Positions 37,560 to 49,500 of a stretch of 64,000 nucleotides of DNA are shown here, in pieces. The notes beneath the pieces are model-generated. The model made no database searches. It was not told where the DNA came from and saw only the letters and a list, made by a program, of their open reading frames with translations. Numbering within the stretch: the stretch's first letter is position 1; each line of letters starts with the position of its first letter. Made by a program: the position numbers and the translations under genes. Source of the stretch: Stegostoma tigrinum (Eukaryota); the NCBI RefSeq assembly GCF_030684315.1, contig NC_081394.1:5488163-5552162 (forward strand), given 5' to 3'.

Positions 37560-37645
37560 CTGCCACTTCCGCATTTCAAATTTCCCGCCTATTCTGAACG
37601 CCGGCTCCTGATTGGCCAGCAGGTCTGCCCGCTGATGACGCAGCG
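37560..37645 (-). promoter_or_regulatory. CpG-rich TATA-less promoter: ETS/GABP (37564-37572), CHR TTTGAA (37575-37580), CDE/E2F GGCGGGAAA (37581-37589), CCAAT (37611-37615), CRE-like TGACGCA (37636-37642)
   Basis: Minus strand reads ggCCAATcag...taGGCGGgaaaTTTGAAatGCGGAAGTGgc, 30-100 bp upstream of the ATG. Confidence 0.75.
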
Positions 37646-37694
37646 CCCTCGCCCCTCTCTGCTTATTTCTGACAGTTTTTCAGTGCGGCGCATG

Positions 37695-37792
37695 TCAAAC
37701 AAAGTCAGAAATTTCTCGAAAAGCTCAGCCGGTCTGGCAGCATTTGTGGGGAAGAAAGTTACCGTTTCGGGTCCAGTGACCCTTCGTAAGAA
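37695..37792 (-). mobile_element. Penelope-type end with a degenerate hammerhead-like motif just upstream of promoter A
   Basis: Minus strand: ttacgaagggtcactggacccgaaacggtaac..gctgccagaccggctgagc. Confidence 0.55.
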
Positions 37793-40700
37793 CCTTTCTA
37801 CAATCTGTCTAAAATACACTCAATGAGTTCACCTGTACAGCTCCCTGTGGCAATGACTGCCACAGATTCACCACAGCCTGGCTAATGAAATTCCTCCTCA
37901 TCTCAGGTCCTAGTGTCTCCTACCGGTGGAAATATCCCCGTGCCCGTTCAGATTCATAGTTCCTTGAAGGTGGAGTCACAGGTAGATAGGGGAGTGAAGC
38001 AGATATGGACAATCTCAGGGGACAGACGCCGTGGACAGAGACAATTGACCTCCTGCCATGCTACCCATGGTTTTCCTTGGAGGAGAGAGTGTGCGTGTTG
38101 GAAAGGGGTTAGAATTTTAACCAGCAGTTAATACTATCAATACTATCTGTAGCTAGAAGCTAAGTGGGATTTTGCATTTTTTTTAATAAAATCTTTCTTT
38201 TGTGACGACTCTAGGAAGAGCAGGACTTGATTTCCAGCATGTCACTCTAGTTCTGTGTAAAAGTGTTAATAAGAGCAATAAAATAACGGATTTCTAATTT
38301 CTGTACCTTTTAACTTCACCCATTTTAAATCATGAAGAAATGGTTTGGTCGGTTTCACTAGTCTGGGTGGTTGTGCTTCATTGACTTTGGCAAAGTGTTG
38401 ATCACTCTTTAGTTCACTGGTTGATGGGTTAGAACCAGGATGGGGTTTTTTCTGACAATCATCATTAGACTCTAAATTCCAGATTTTTACTGAATTCAAA
38501 CTTCGCATTTCCCATGGCAGGATTTGAATCTGGTTCCCCCAGAACATTACCTGGGTCTCTCAATTAACAGTCCTGTGATCATACCACTAGGCCATTACCT
38601 CCCTCAAAGTCAGTCCATTGTTGCCCTTGAGAAGGTGGTCATGAGCAGCCATCTTGAATAGCTTGGATGGCCAATCCCAATGGGAGCATGAAGTACTGAC
38701 TACATGCAGTTCCATCTCCTCATCTGAGGAAGAATGTAATTGTATTGGAGGTGGATTGCAGTGATACATGGAAATGAGGGGATTGTTTTAGGGGGGCTAC
38801 ATGGGACTGGCTGGATTTGTTTCCACTTGAATTTGGAAGAGTGAGCAGTGACTTGATTGAAGTATACAATATCCTGAATGGTCTTGACAGAGCAGACATG
38901 GAAAGATGTTCCCTGTTGTGGGTAAGTCCAAAACTGGAGGGGGGCACTGTTTTAAAAATTTGAGGTCACCCCTTTTGGACAGAGATGAGGGGAGTTTTTT
39001 TTCCTCTCAAAGTGTTGTGCAACTTTGGAACTTCCTGCCCTTGAAGGTAGTGGAGATGGGGTCATTGAATCTATCCAGTGAGAACTCCTCAGAGACCTAA
39101 CCATCATAATCCTCCCAAATCCACCAAATCCAGCTGCAGAGGGAAACTGAAATATCATGCTCTACACTATTGACATAAAAGTTCATGGAAAGCAGAGAAT
39201 CTTTGCACTAATTTTCTACAACATAAATAAAGCTTAATAAAATACAATAAATCATTAAGAGATTATTTAATTTATTTAGCACATTAAGTATTATACTCTT
39301 CAGGAAGAAAAAGCAAAGGCATCATTTTTAAAAATTCATTGACAAAAGGAACAATGACAAATTAAGACAAAACTAACATGTCCTTGTAATATTGTAACTT
39401 TGTTCCCTATAACCACTAGACCTCCCAGTGTCCATTGCTATAGAAAGCTGCAAGTGAACCAGCAGAAATTGTGTCTTCCACTATGCTCAGTTCTTCTGGC
39501 TATTCCAATCACTGGGAAATGCTGGTTTGTCCAGCCCCTTACTCCACTACTCAATAACACTGGGATGTTACTTATACCCAAATTTTCAACTGTATCTAGT
39601 CCACCATTAACACACTCTACAACAATGCTCTGAATTTTGTTCAATGTTGGGGAATGGAAAGAGTCTGAGCCACTGAATTTCTAAACTACAGATAATGCAA
39701 ATGAACAGTTTCTGCAAAATGATCAAAATTTGATCTCGTGTTTCTTAATTGCATATGTTCCAGACCTGACTCCACCATGAGAGCACCATCACTACAAGGA
39801 TTGGAATGATTCAAGCACAAGGTCAATAAGATCAACTTATCCTTGGACATATACACTTGCCTTAGAGAGGATGCAACAAAAGTACACTAGACTAATTCTT
39901 GGGATGAGAGGGTTGTCTAAGGAGCAGGGATTGAGCAGAATAGGCCTGTGTACCTGGAGTTTAGCAAAAAAAAAGTGATCAAATTGAAATATCTGAAGTT
40001 TCTCAAATGTTTGACAGCATAGTGGAGAATATCTGCATCTCCTGGCAGGAGAATCTACAACTGGGGGTCTCATTCTCAGGTTAAGAGATCAACCATTTTG
40101 GACTTGGATGAGGAAAAACATTTTGCCTGAATTTTGTGATTCTTTCAAATCTGCTAAAAAGAGTTGTGGATGATCTGATGTCGAATATATTTACTGCTGA
40201 GATATATTGGTTTTTGGAGAAGATAGTGACAGTGAAATTGATGTGGAAGATCAGCTATGACCTATTTTAATAAGGTAGTGGATGAAAGGGGCCAAATGGT
40301 CTATTACTGTTCCTGTTTATGATGTTCTTATTGATGGAAAGTTTTGTAAGTTGCTATCATGCAAGTGATGAGAGATATACACAGCTGTAAGTGGTGCTGT
40401 ATGTTTCTGAGACTGGGTTTACACACCGTGGAACACGAAGACTTGATAGATAATTAGATTGCCAGAAGAATTCATTATATCCAAGAATCCCAGAATTTTA
40501 GTTCAGCAGGGGTCTCTTTTAACAGGCTGAAATGGAGTGATTGTTTTGATTGCGGTACAGTTCTATGAATTTATTAGATGTTATTCTTGCCCTGATTTGT
40601 TTTCTGCAATAGCTGTAGCTTTATTTGGATAACGTAAGGGGTGTGAAGTGAGAGAAAGCTACTGCTACCTTCCAATTGTCACCATTACCTGAAAAACTTG

Positions 40701-41642
40701 TTATGGTCTGTCTCTACCTTAATCAGTTTGTCAAGTTTTGGATTACTTGTTACTTTGGTTAGACAAAGGCACGCGACTCTTATACCCATCATGTTCTTCC
40801 AGCATTTGGTTTGTCTCCAGCAACACCTTATTTTTAATTTTTTGTATTATCCTCTGCCTCAATTAATCAGATTATAGGCATCCCCTCCATCTGCTATTCA
40901 GTTGTTGACACTTTACTCTCACCATCTGACACTTTTGATCACCCATAGAGACTTGTATTTCTACACTCCACTTACACCATTTGTATGATTTTTGATCTCT
41001 CTGCCTATAAATTCTGTGTCTTTGTGCTTCTCTCTCACTTTACCTGTTGAAGGGGCAATGATACAAAAGCTTGTGATTTCAAATAAAACTGTGGACAATA
41101 GCCTGGTGCCAAGTGACTTCTGATGCTATCAATACAATAATGGGTCTCACTGGTGTCACATACTGGATTTGAAGAGTAGCAGTTTCTTCAAAGCAGTTTT
41201 CTAATTAGGTGCTTTCATTTCGTCGGCATTTTAAGACTTGGCATCATTATTTAATAAGTGGTGAATGGACATGGATTATGACCTTTTGAATATCTTTTGT
41301 AAAGTTTTCCTAATCCCAGGCTATAAATTGCGACTTTTTGGGGAGCTATCATTCACAAGAGTCATAGAGATATGTATGAGATATATAGTCATAGGCACAG
41401 AAACACACACTTCATACCATCTCGTCCATGCCAACCAGATATCCTAAATGAATCTAGTCCCCTTTGCAAAGTCATCATAAGGGCTATTAGGTATCTATCC
41501 CTACAATAGAGCCAGTGTGGTCAGGATTGCAGGGTGCAAGATTACTATCTGTACCCTTGTCCTACGAGAATATAATTTGCTGAGGTCAGGAATGGAGTCG
41601 TAAATCCCGGAATCAGGTCCTAGTCACCACTTCCAAATACTG

Positions 41643-42677
41643 GCATGGTAGACTGGTTAGTGCAGTTAGATTGCATGGGATCCTGGAAGACCTTGCCAAT
41701 TGGATACCAAATTGGTTTGATGGTAGGAGCCAGAGAGAGTGGCGGTAGAGGGTTGTTTTTCAGACTGGAAGCCTGTGATCAGCAGTGTTCTGCAGGGATC
41801 AGTGCTGGGTCAACTTGTCATTTTTATAAACAATTTGGATGAGAATATCGAAAGTATGGTTGCTAAGTTTGTGGATGACACCAACATTGGTGGGATAGTA
41901 GACAGTGGAAAAAGTACAACGGGATCATGCTCAGCTGAGCCCTTGGCCTGAGGAGTGAAAGATGGGTTTAATTTAAATAAATGCGATGTGTTGCATTTTA
42001 ATAAGACAACCATTAGGGTTAATGATAGGGTCATGGGGAGTGTTGCTGAACAGAGATGTCAAAAGTTTCACATACATAATTCCTAGAAAGCGGCATCACA
42101 GGTAGACAAAGTGGCGAAGGTGGGTTTGGCACACTTGCCTTCATTGGCCAGAGAATTGACTGTAGGAGTTGGAATGTCATGTTGTGGCTGTACAGGACTT
42201 AGTGAGGCCACACTGGGAACACTGCGTGCAATTCTGGGTGCCCTGCTATAGGTAGGATGTGATTAAATTGGAAAGGTTGCAGAAAAAAATTTAAGGATGT
42301 TACTGGGACTGGAGGGCTTGGATAAGCTGGGACCTTTTTCCCCCCTCGAGCGTAGGAGGTTTGAGGGGGTGACCTTAACGAGGTTTATAATATCATGAGG
42401 GGCATGGATAGATAAGGTGAATAGCAAAGGTCCTTTCTCAAAGGGTGGGGGAAAACTAGAGGGCAGAGGTTTAAGGTGAGAGGACACAGATTTAAAAGGG
42501 ACCTGAGGGGCAACTTTTTCCACAGAGAGGGTGGTGCATATATAGAATGAACTAGCAGATGAAGTAAGAGAGGCAGCTACAGTTACAACTTTTAAAAGAC
42601 ATTTGGATGGGTTGATGAATAGGAGGGCTTTAGAGACATATCAGCCAAACACAGGCAAATGGGACTAGTTTTGTTTC
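41643..42677 (+). mobile_element. CR1 LINE ORF2 3' fragment in the spacer, truncated at the right-arm breakpoint
   Basis: FSDWKPVISSVLQGSVLG..KFVDDTNIGG; ends gggactagttttgtttcggaa, directly followed by the G-tract. Confidence 0.88.
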
Positions 42678-42679
42678 GG

Positions 42680-43430
42680 AATTGGGGAGGAGCCGGGGGG
42701 GGGGGAATTGGGGAGGAGCCGGGGGGGGAATTGGGGAGGAGCCGGGGGGGGGTGTTGCGGGGGGATTGGGGTGGACGGGGGGAGTTGGGGATGAAGCGGG
42801 AGGATGGGGGAAGTTGTGGGGGTGGACGGGGAAGTTGTGGGGGAGGGTAGGGGTGAGTTGGGGGGGTATCGGGGAGGACGGGGGGAGTTGGGGAGGAGCG
42901 GGGGGGAGTTGGGGAGGGATCGGGGAGAACCGGGGTGAGTTGGGGGGGGGATCGGGGAGGACGGGGAAGTTGTGAGAGGAGTTGGGGGGGAAGTGGGAGG
43001 ACAGGGGGAAGTTGGGGGGGGAGGACAGGGGAAGTTGTTGGGGGGAAGACGGGGGTATGTTGGGGCTGATCGGGGAGGACGGGGGAGTTGGATGGGAAGC
43101 GGGAGGACAGGGGAAGTTGGGGGGAAGCGGGGAGGACGGGGGTGAGTTGGGGAGGAGCGGGGGGAGTTGGGGCGAGCACAGGGAAGTTGGGAGGAAGCGG
43201 GAGGACAGGGGGAAGTTGGGGGGGAAGGACGGGGAAGCGGGGAGGACGGGGGTGAGTTGGTGTGGTTCAGGGAGGATGGGGGTGAGTTGGGGAGGGGTCG
43301 GGGAGGACGGGGGTGAGTTGGGGGAATCGGGGAGGACGGAGGGAAGTTGGTGTGGAGTGGGGAGGACAGGCGGATGTTGGGGTGGGGAGCGGGGAGGATG
43401 TTGGAGGGAGGGAATGGGAAAACGGTGAGA
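42680..43430 (+). repeat. G-rich tandem tract, inverted counterpart of 36370-37400
   Basis: Same modules with different order and copy number. Exact colinearity with the left arm begins only at ~43320. Confidence 0.9.
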
Positions 43431-43530
43431 AGAGGCCTGTACTTGGGGCGGGAGATCGCAGGCGCGAGGAGGAGGCATAACGATGGATCTGCTGTAAAGG
43501 AAAGGGCCTCACTGTGTTTTCTTGTCGCAG

Positions 43531-46500
43531 GGATGCAGCTCACAGAAACTATTCCTGCTGCTGCTGCTAAATATTGTTGCCTCTGTTTCAGGTCAGTGCT
43601 GTGACTGCTGGAACATTTCAGCAGTGATCAAAGGCTTGGGGGAGACACGAGAGAGTTGAAAGGGTTAACCCCGGGATGTGTCACAGTGACATCTGGACAC
43701 TGGTTGGGAGAGGACCTCAGGTGCTGTGTTACCCTGAGCTGAAAGGAAGGCACATAATGGGCTTTGAATCCTGGGAGTGGGCAAAGTCTGGTTGTATTGA
43801 GGGAAAATTACGACAGGAGTGGGCCATTCAGCCCCTTGAACCTGTTCCACCATTCAATGAGATCATGTCTGATCTGTAGCCAAACTCCGTTTAACTGTCT
43901 TCGGCACATATCTCTAGTACTTTTGCTTAAATAAAAGAAAGCTTAGATTTAAAATGAACAACACCATAGAATCCCTACAGCCCAACAAGTCCACACTGAA
44001 CTTCTGAGCATTCCACCCAGACCCATTCCCCAAACCCACCTCGCCTACACATCACAGATCACTATGGGCAATTTACCATGGCCAATCCACCTTGCCTGCA
44101 CATGTCTAGACTGTGGGAGGAAACTGGAGCAAACTCTCACAGACAGGGGGGTGAACATGCAAAGTCCACACAAACAGTGGCCCGAGGGGAATTGAACCCA
44201 TGCCCCTGGCGCTGTGGGGCAGCAGTGCGAACCACTGAGCCACCATGTTGCCCAACACTGACCCAGCATCCAGTGCCTTTAGTGTAAGAGCATTTCAAGC
44301 ATTTATCACACCTTGCATGTAGAAGTGCCCCTTAACATCTCTCCTGAATGCTTCTGGCCCTAATCGTCAGACGACACCCCCTAGTTTTAGAATCTCCAAA
44401 CAGTAGTAATAGTTTATCTTGATCAACCCAATCTTTTGAAAACTTCGATCAGGTCTCCACTTACTCTTCTAAATTCTGAAGAAAAAGAAATTATATATTC
44501 TTTCCTCATAATTGAACCTGAAGTTCAGATATCAGTCCTCTGAGCCTACAATTTGCACTCTTTTCAAGAACAACGCATCCTTTCTAAGATGTGCCCAGCA
44601 CTGCTCACAGTTTACAAAATTAGGGTTTCGTATAATACATTATAACATGTGCATCCTTACCTGAACCCCCACATTAATTTGGACATCCACTATATTCAAT
44701 TTCATACTATCTAAAAAGTACCCTAACGTATCCTTTAAAGTCCAAATGGAGAGGAGTAGAGTGTGATTGAAGAAGGTAAAATCCATATTTCAGGTTTTGG
44801 GAGTTACTGCTTTAGGTGGAATGTGCAACATTGTCTTTTTTTTGAGTATGTCGTTGTTCATCTTAATCCATCGACCAAGTCAGTAACCCTCAGTAGTCAT
44901 CTGTTGCAGTGTTTAATTTTGTTTTAAAATAATTAGGTTCTGAGTACAGTTCATACTTTTAAAAGCCATGCATCAGACGTTTTTACAAGGCTGTTGCTTG
45001 GATTGGAGGGTTTAAGCTGTAGGGAGAAGCCGAATAGGCTTTCTTCCCTGACGAGTTGAGGTTGACGGGTGACCTTGTAGAGATTTTTAAAACTATGAAT
45101 AGGGTGAATAGCCAAGATCTTTCTCCCAGGATGAGGGAGTCATAAACTGGAAGGCGTAGGTTTAAGATGAGATTTTAAAGAAGACCTGAGGAGCAACATT
45201 ATCATGCAGAGGGTGATAATTGTACAGAACAAAATGCCAGAGGAGGTTGTGGAGGCTTGTAAAATTACAACATTTAAAAGATATTTGGATTGATGCATGA
45301 ATAGGAAAGGTTTACAGGGATTTGGGCCAAACGTTGGAAAATGGGACTAGATCAGTTTAGGATATCTGGTCCGTGCGGATGAGTTGGACCAAAGGATCTG
45401 TATCCACACTGTATAACTGTACGACTCTATGCCTTTACTGGTATTGGGATATAATGTACCAGTAGTGAATAATTGATAAATATCTTCAATCCTTTTCCAG
45501 GTGACTCGCCTGTCCTAGTTTCCGGGTTCGTTGGAGAGCAGGTTGTGCTGCCCTGTACCTACGGTGGGAATGTCTCAGTCTCTGATTTACAGATAATATG
45601 GGGGACTCTCACATGTGAACTCTTACACAAGTTTGTCAATGGGAATGATGCTTTAAGAGAACAAAATGCACGGTTCAGAAACAGAACAAACCTGTTCAAA
45701 GATCAGCTGGAAAAAGGCAACTGGTCAGTTCTGATCTCTGACCTCAGGGAGACAGACCAGGATGAGTATGAATGTCAGATTTACAGCAGGATGGGAGATC
45801 ACTTTCGATGGAAGGAAGTTGTTTCCATCCAACTCTCTGTCACAGGTGAGAGGTTTCTGTTCCAGCTATTAGGTTAAATCTCTAAATGTACATAGTGCAT
45901 TCATTGTGTGCAGGGATGTGCAGGCCAGGTGAGTTAGTCATGGGAAATATAGCGTTACAGGAATAGAGTCAGGGGATTGCTCTGATTTGGATGCTTGTCA
46001 GAAGGTCAGTGCAGACTCGATGAGGTAAATGGCCTGCTTCCACACCATAGATATTCTGTGATTCTAAAATTAGAGCCATGTTGAAGGTCTTGAAGCAGAA
46101 ATGGCAGATGTTTGTGACTCGATCTGTAAAACTCAACTTTCTTTTCTGTGACCCTCATTGATCTGAGAAAGCTCGAAGATGGTGAGTGAAAGAAAAGCAA
46201 GTAGCCTGGGTAAAGAATGGACAGGTGGAAATACCCCAGGAACTCCTTTCTGTCCAAACTGGAAAGGAAGATGCTGAGGGCAGATGTGAGAGATGTAGGC
46301 CTAAGTGTTCCATCGTAGCAAAGAGGGGCACACGTGCGTTCAGAAAGCTGGAGATTGTACGGGAAGCCCATGGGAACTAGTGACTCACTAAGTGAGAGTC
46401 TGGAAAAGAAACCCAGAAGTGAAACACCACAGATCATATTGTAGCTTTACCTACAGCTATGAGACCAAAGGTAAAAACTGCTGCGTGCAGAAGAGATGAA

Positions 46501-49500
46501 GAAAGTAGACATGTAACAGAAAGGATTTTCAACAAAAGGAAAGGGAACTCTTTTTCTTCAAATAATATGCCTAAGTCGATAACTATGATAAGGAATACGG
46601 GTTCTACTCAAACTCTTTAGTTGGAAGAAGATCACAGATATTCCTCTAGAGAATGCATTGAATGCTACAGTTTTAATAACTGGGATAAATGGAGAGTACC
46701 TGTCAATTCATTGTACAACGTGCACTTAGAATGTGACTTGATGTCTTGGACAATGGGAGCATGAGCTGCTCAGAAACTACCTATGGCTGGGGTTTACTTA
46801 CTCCTTACAGGCACAAGTTAACTGCCAGAAGACTGCAGGGTGCCATTGTACAAGAAACATTGAGAACTATGGACTGTTGAGTCTGACATCAGTAGTGGAT
46901 AAATCGTTGGAGGGAATTCTGAGAGACAGGAATTTGGAGAGGCAAGGACTGATTAGGAATAGTCAGCATGGCTTTGTGTGTGGGTAATCAAGTCTCACAA
47001 ACATGATTGTGTTTCTGAGGATGTGACTAAGAAGGTAAATGAGGTCAGAGCAGTAGACACTGTCTACATGGATTTTAGCAAGGCCTTTGATCAGATTTCA
47101 CATGGTAGACTGTTAGTAACATTAGATCACATGGGATTTGGGAGAGCTTGTCAATTGGATACAAAATTTGCTTGACGGTAGATAACAGAGTGGTGGGAGG
47201 GATAGTTTTTCAGACGGAGATCTGTGACCAGTGGTGTGTCGACAGAATTGGATCCACTGTCGTTTGTCATTTTATATAAACAATTTGAAGGAGCATATAG
47301 GAAGCACGGTTAGTAAGTTTGTGGATGACACCAAAAATTGGTAGTATTATATGCAATGAAGGAGGTTATATAGGAGTACAACCAGGCCAATGAGCCGAGG
47401 AGTGGCAGACTGAGTTTAATTGAGATAAATGTGAGGTGATGCACTTTGGTAAGATGAACAAGAGCAAGATCCACGTAATGTTATGGCCCTGGGGAGTGAT
47501 GTTGAACAAGAGATGTAGGAATTCGGGTATGTGGTTACTTAAACTGTGTCACAGGTAGACAGGGTGGTAAAGAAGACATTTGGCAGACTAGCTTTCATTG
47601 CTCAGACCACTGAGTATATGAGTTGGGAGGTAATGTTGCTGTTGTACAAGATATTGGTGATGCCACTTTTGGAATACTTCATATAGTTCTGCTTACTCTC
47701 CAATAGGAAGGTTATTATTAAACTGAAGAGGAGGCAGAAATAATTGGAATGGAGGTTGCTGGGACTGTAGGGGCTATGATGAGTCCCATCGTACAGCCGT
47801 AATATTATCCCGTACCGAAAATGCCACTGCCCTCCTCTCTTGCCCTCCTCCATTTATATCCTTCCCTTCACATCTATTCCCTGGAACGTTACGCTGCCAA
47901 TCCTTCCCTGAGCCGTTTCTACGATATTACTATGATTTCTCAGTCCCATGTTCCCATCTATGCCCTGAGTTAATTTGTCTTTACCTGTTAGGCTTCTCGC
48001 ATTGAAATAAATGCAGTTTAATTGATCAGACCTACCTCTTTCTCTGCTTTGGCCTTGCCCACCTTGACATTTGGACTTGCTCCTTTTCCCCACTGCCTCA
48101 GACTAAGTATCTCCCCGAGCAGCTGTAGCAAATCTCCCTGCCAATTTATTAGTCCCCGTCCAATTCAGGCACACCCACAATGCTTACTCAGGTCATTTCT
48201 GCCCCAGAAGAGATTCCAATGATCCAAAAATGTGTGTCCTTCTCCCCTACACCAGCTCCTCAGCTGCACATTCGTCTGCTCTATCCTCCTATTCCTTACT
48301 AGCACCTAATATCAGAAGTAATCCAGATATTACTAGCCTCAAAAGATCTGCTTTTGAACTTCCTGTCTAATTTCCTATATTCTCTTCTAAGAACCTCATC
48401 CTTTCTCTCGTGTCTTTGGTTTCAATTTGTACAACAACCTCCTGCTGGTCTCCCTCCCCTTTGGGAATATTCTGCACCCTCTCTGAGACATCCCTGACCC
48501 TGGCATCTGGGAGACAACACGTCATTCTGATACCACATTACTGGCCGCAGAAATATCTGTCTGAGCCTCTAACTACAGCTCCTATCTTACCTTGGAAGCT
48601 TACGTTCCCCGTGTTACATCAGAGCCAATCTCAGTACCAGAAACATGGCTGTCAGTGCTACATTCCAACAAGAGTCCATCACCCCCTTAAATTTTCCAAA
48701 ACAGCATACTTGTTTGAGATGAAGATAGCCACAGGAAGCTCCTACAGTACCTGCCTACCCCTCTTACCTTTCCTAGAGGTAGACCATTGACCTGATTGTG
48801 TCTCCAGACTCTGAGCTAATGGGAATCAGTGACTAACAGTGAGTGACGTGAACAGAACTCATTGCAGTGGGTTAAGGTACAAGGACAGCAGTGTTTGGGA
48901 TGAACTGAAGGTAACAGAGGGTTCCATGTGACACAGTGACCAGGAGAGCATTGGAATAGCTGAACCTGTAGGTCATAAAGACACAGATGAATGTTTCAGA
49001 ATTTGATGAGCTCTGGAAGAAGGGTAAAGTTAACATTTTCATGTTTTGTTTTCCAGTTGGTCCAACCCAAGGCCCAAATGAAACCCTAGAAGCAGATCAT
49101 GGCAAGCAACTCAATCGAACCCAAGGTATTCCCCTGTGAAAGTGTATAATGCTGGAGAAGGGTTCAGTGGGTACAACTAACCTCTGAGCCCTGATTTTGA
49201 AGGCCATGGGGTCAGATCCCTCTATTAGACTCCAGGATAAAATGGGGCCCAAACTCACTGCTGCTGAGGGCTCTACTGGACCACCATCCTATTGGGGAAG
49301 TAGCAGTATGGTGGGGGAACACTATTGGCATAGAGGGTGCAGTACATGGGTAGAGAGAGGGTGAGGCTGGGGGAGTGCCACACTGTCAGAGAGAAGGTGA
49401 AACTGGTGGGGACAGGTGGTGGTGGTTGAGGAGAGAAGAGAAGCTGGGTTGTCCCACACTGTGTGGGAGAGGGTGGTGGTGTGGGAAGCAGACTGTCGCC

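Noticed and set aside
36198-37579. Long Pro-rich and Gly-rich ORFs (up to 422 aa), and mirrors at 42592-43604
   Set aside because: By-products of a stop-poor C/G low-complexity tract. Open in nearly all frames, not conserved between arms, and inside an intron with good splice sites.
37800-42670. A recombinase or second gene in the spacer
   Set aside because: Only CR1, SINE and Penelope debris with short ORFs; no recognisable coding exons or plus-strand promoter.
37330-42678. Whole palindrome as a sequencing fold-back artefact
   Set aside because: The arms differ by many SNPs, clean microhomology deletions and repeat counts, and a 5-kb unique spacer exists. A haplotype mis-join still needs read-level exclusion.
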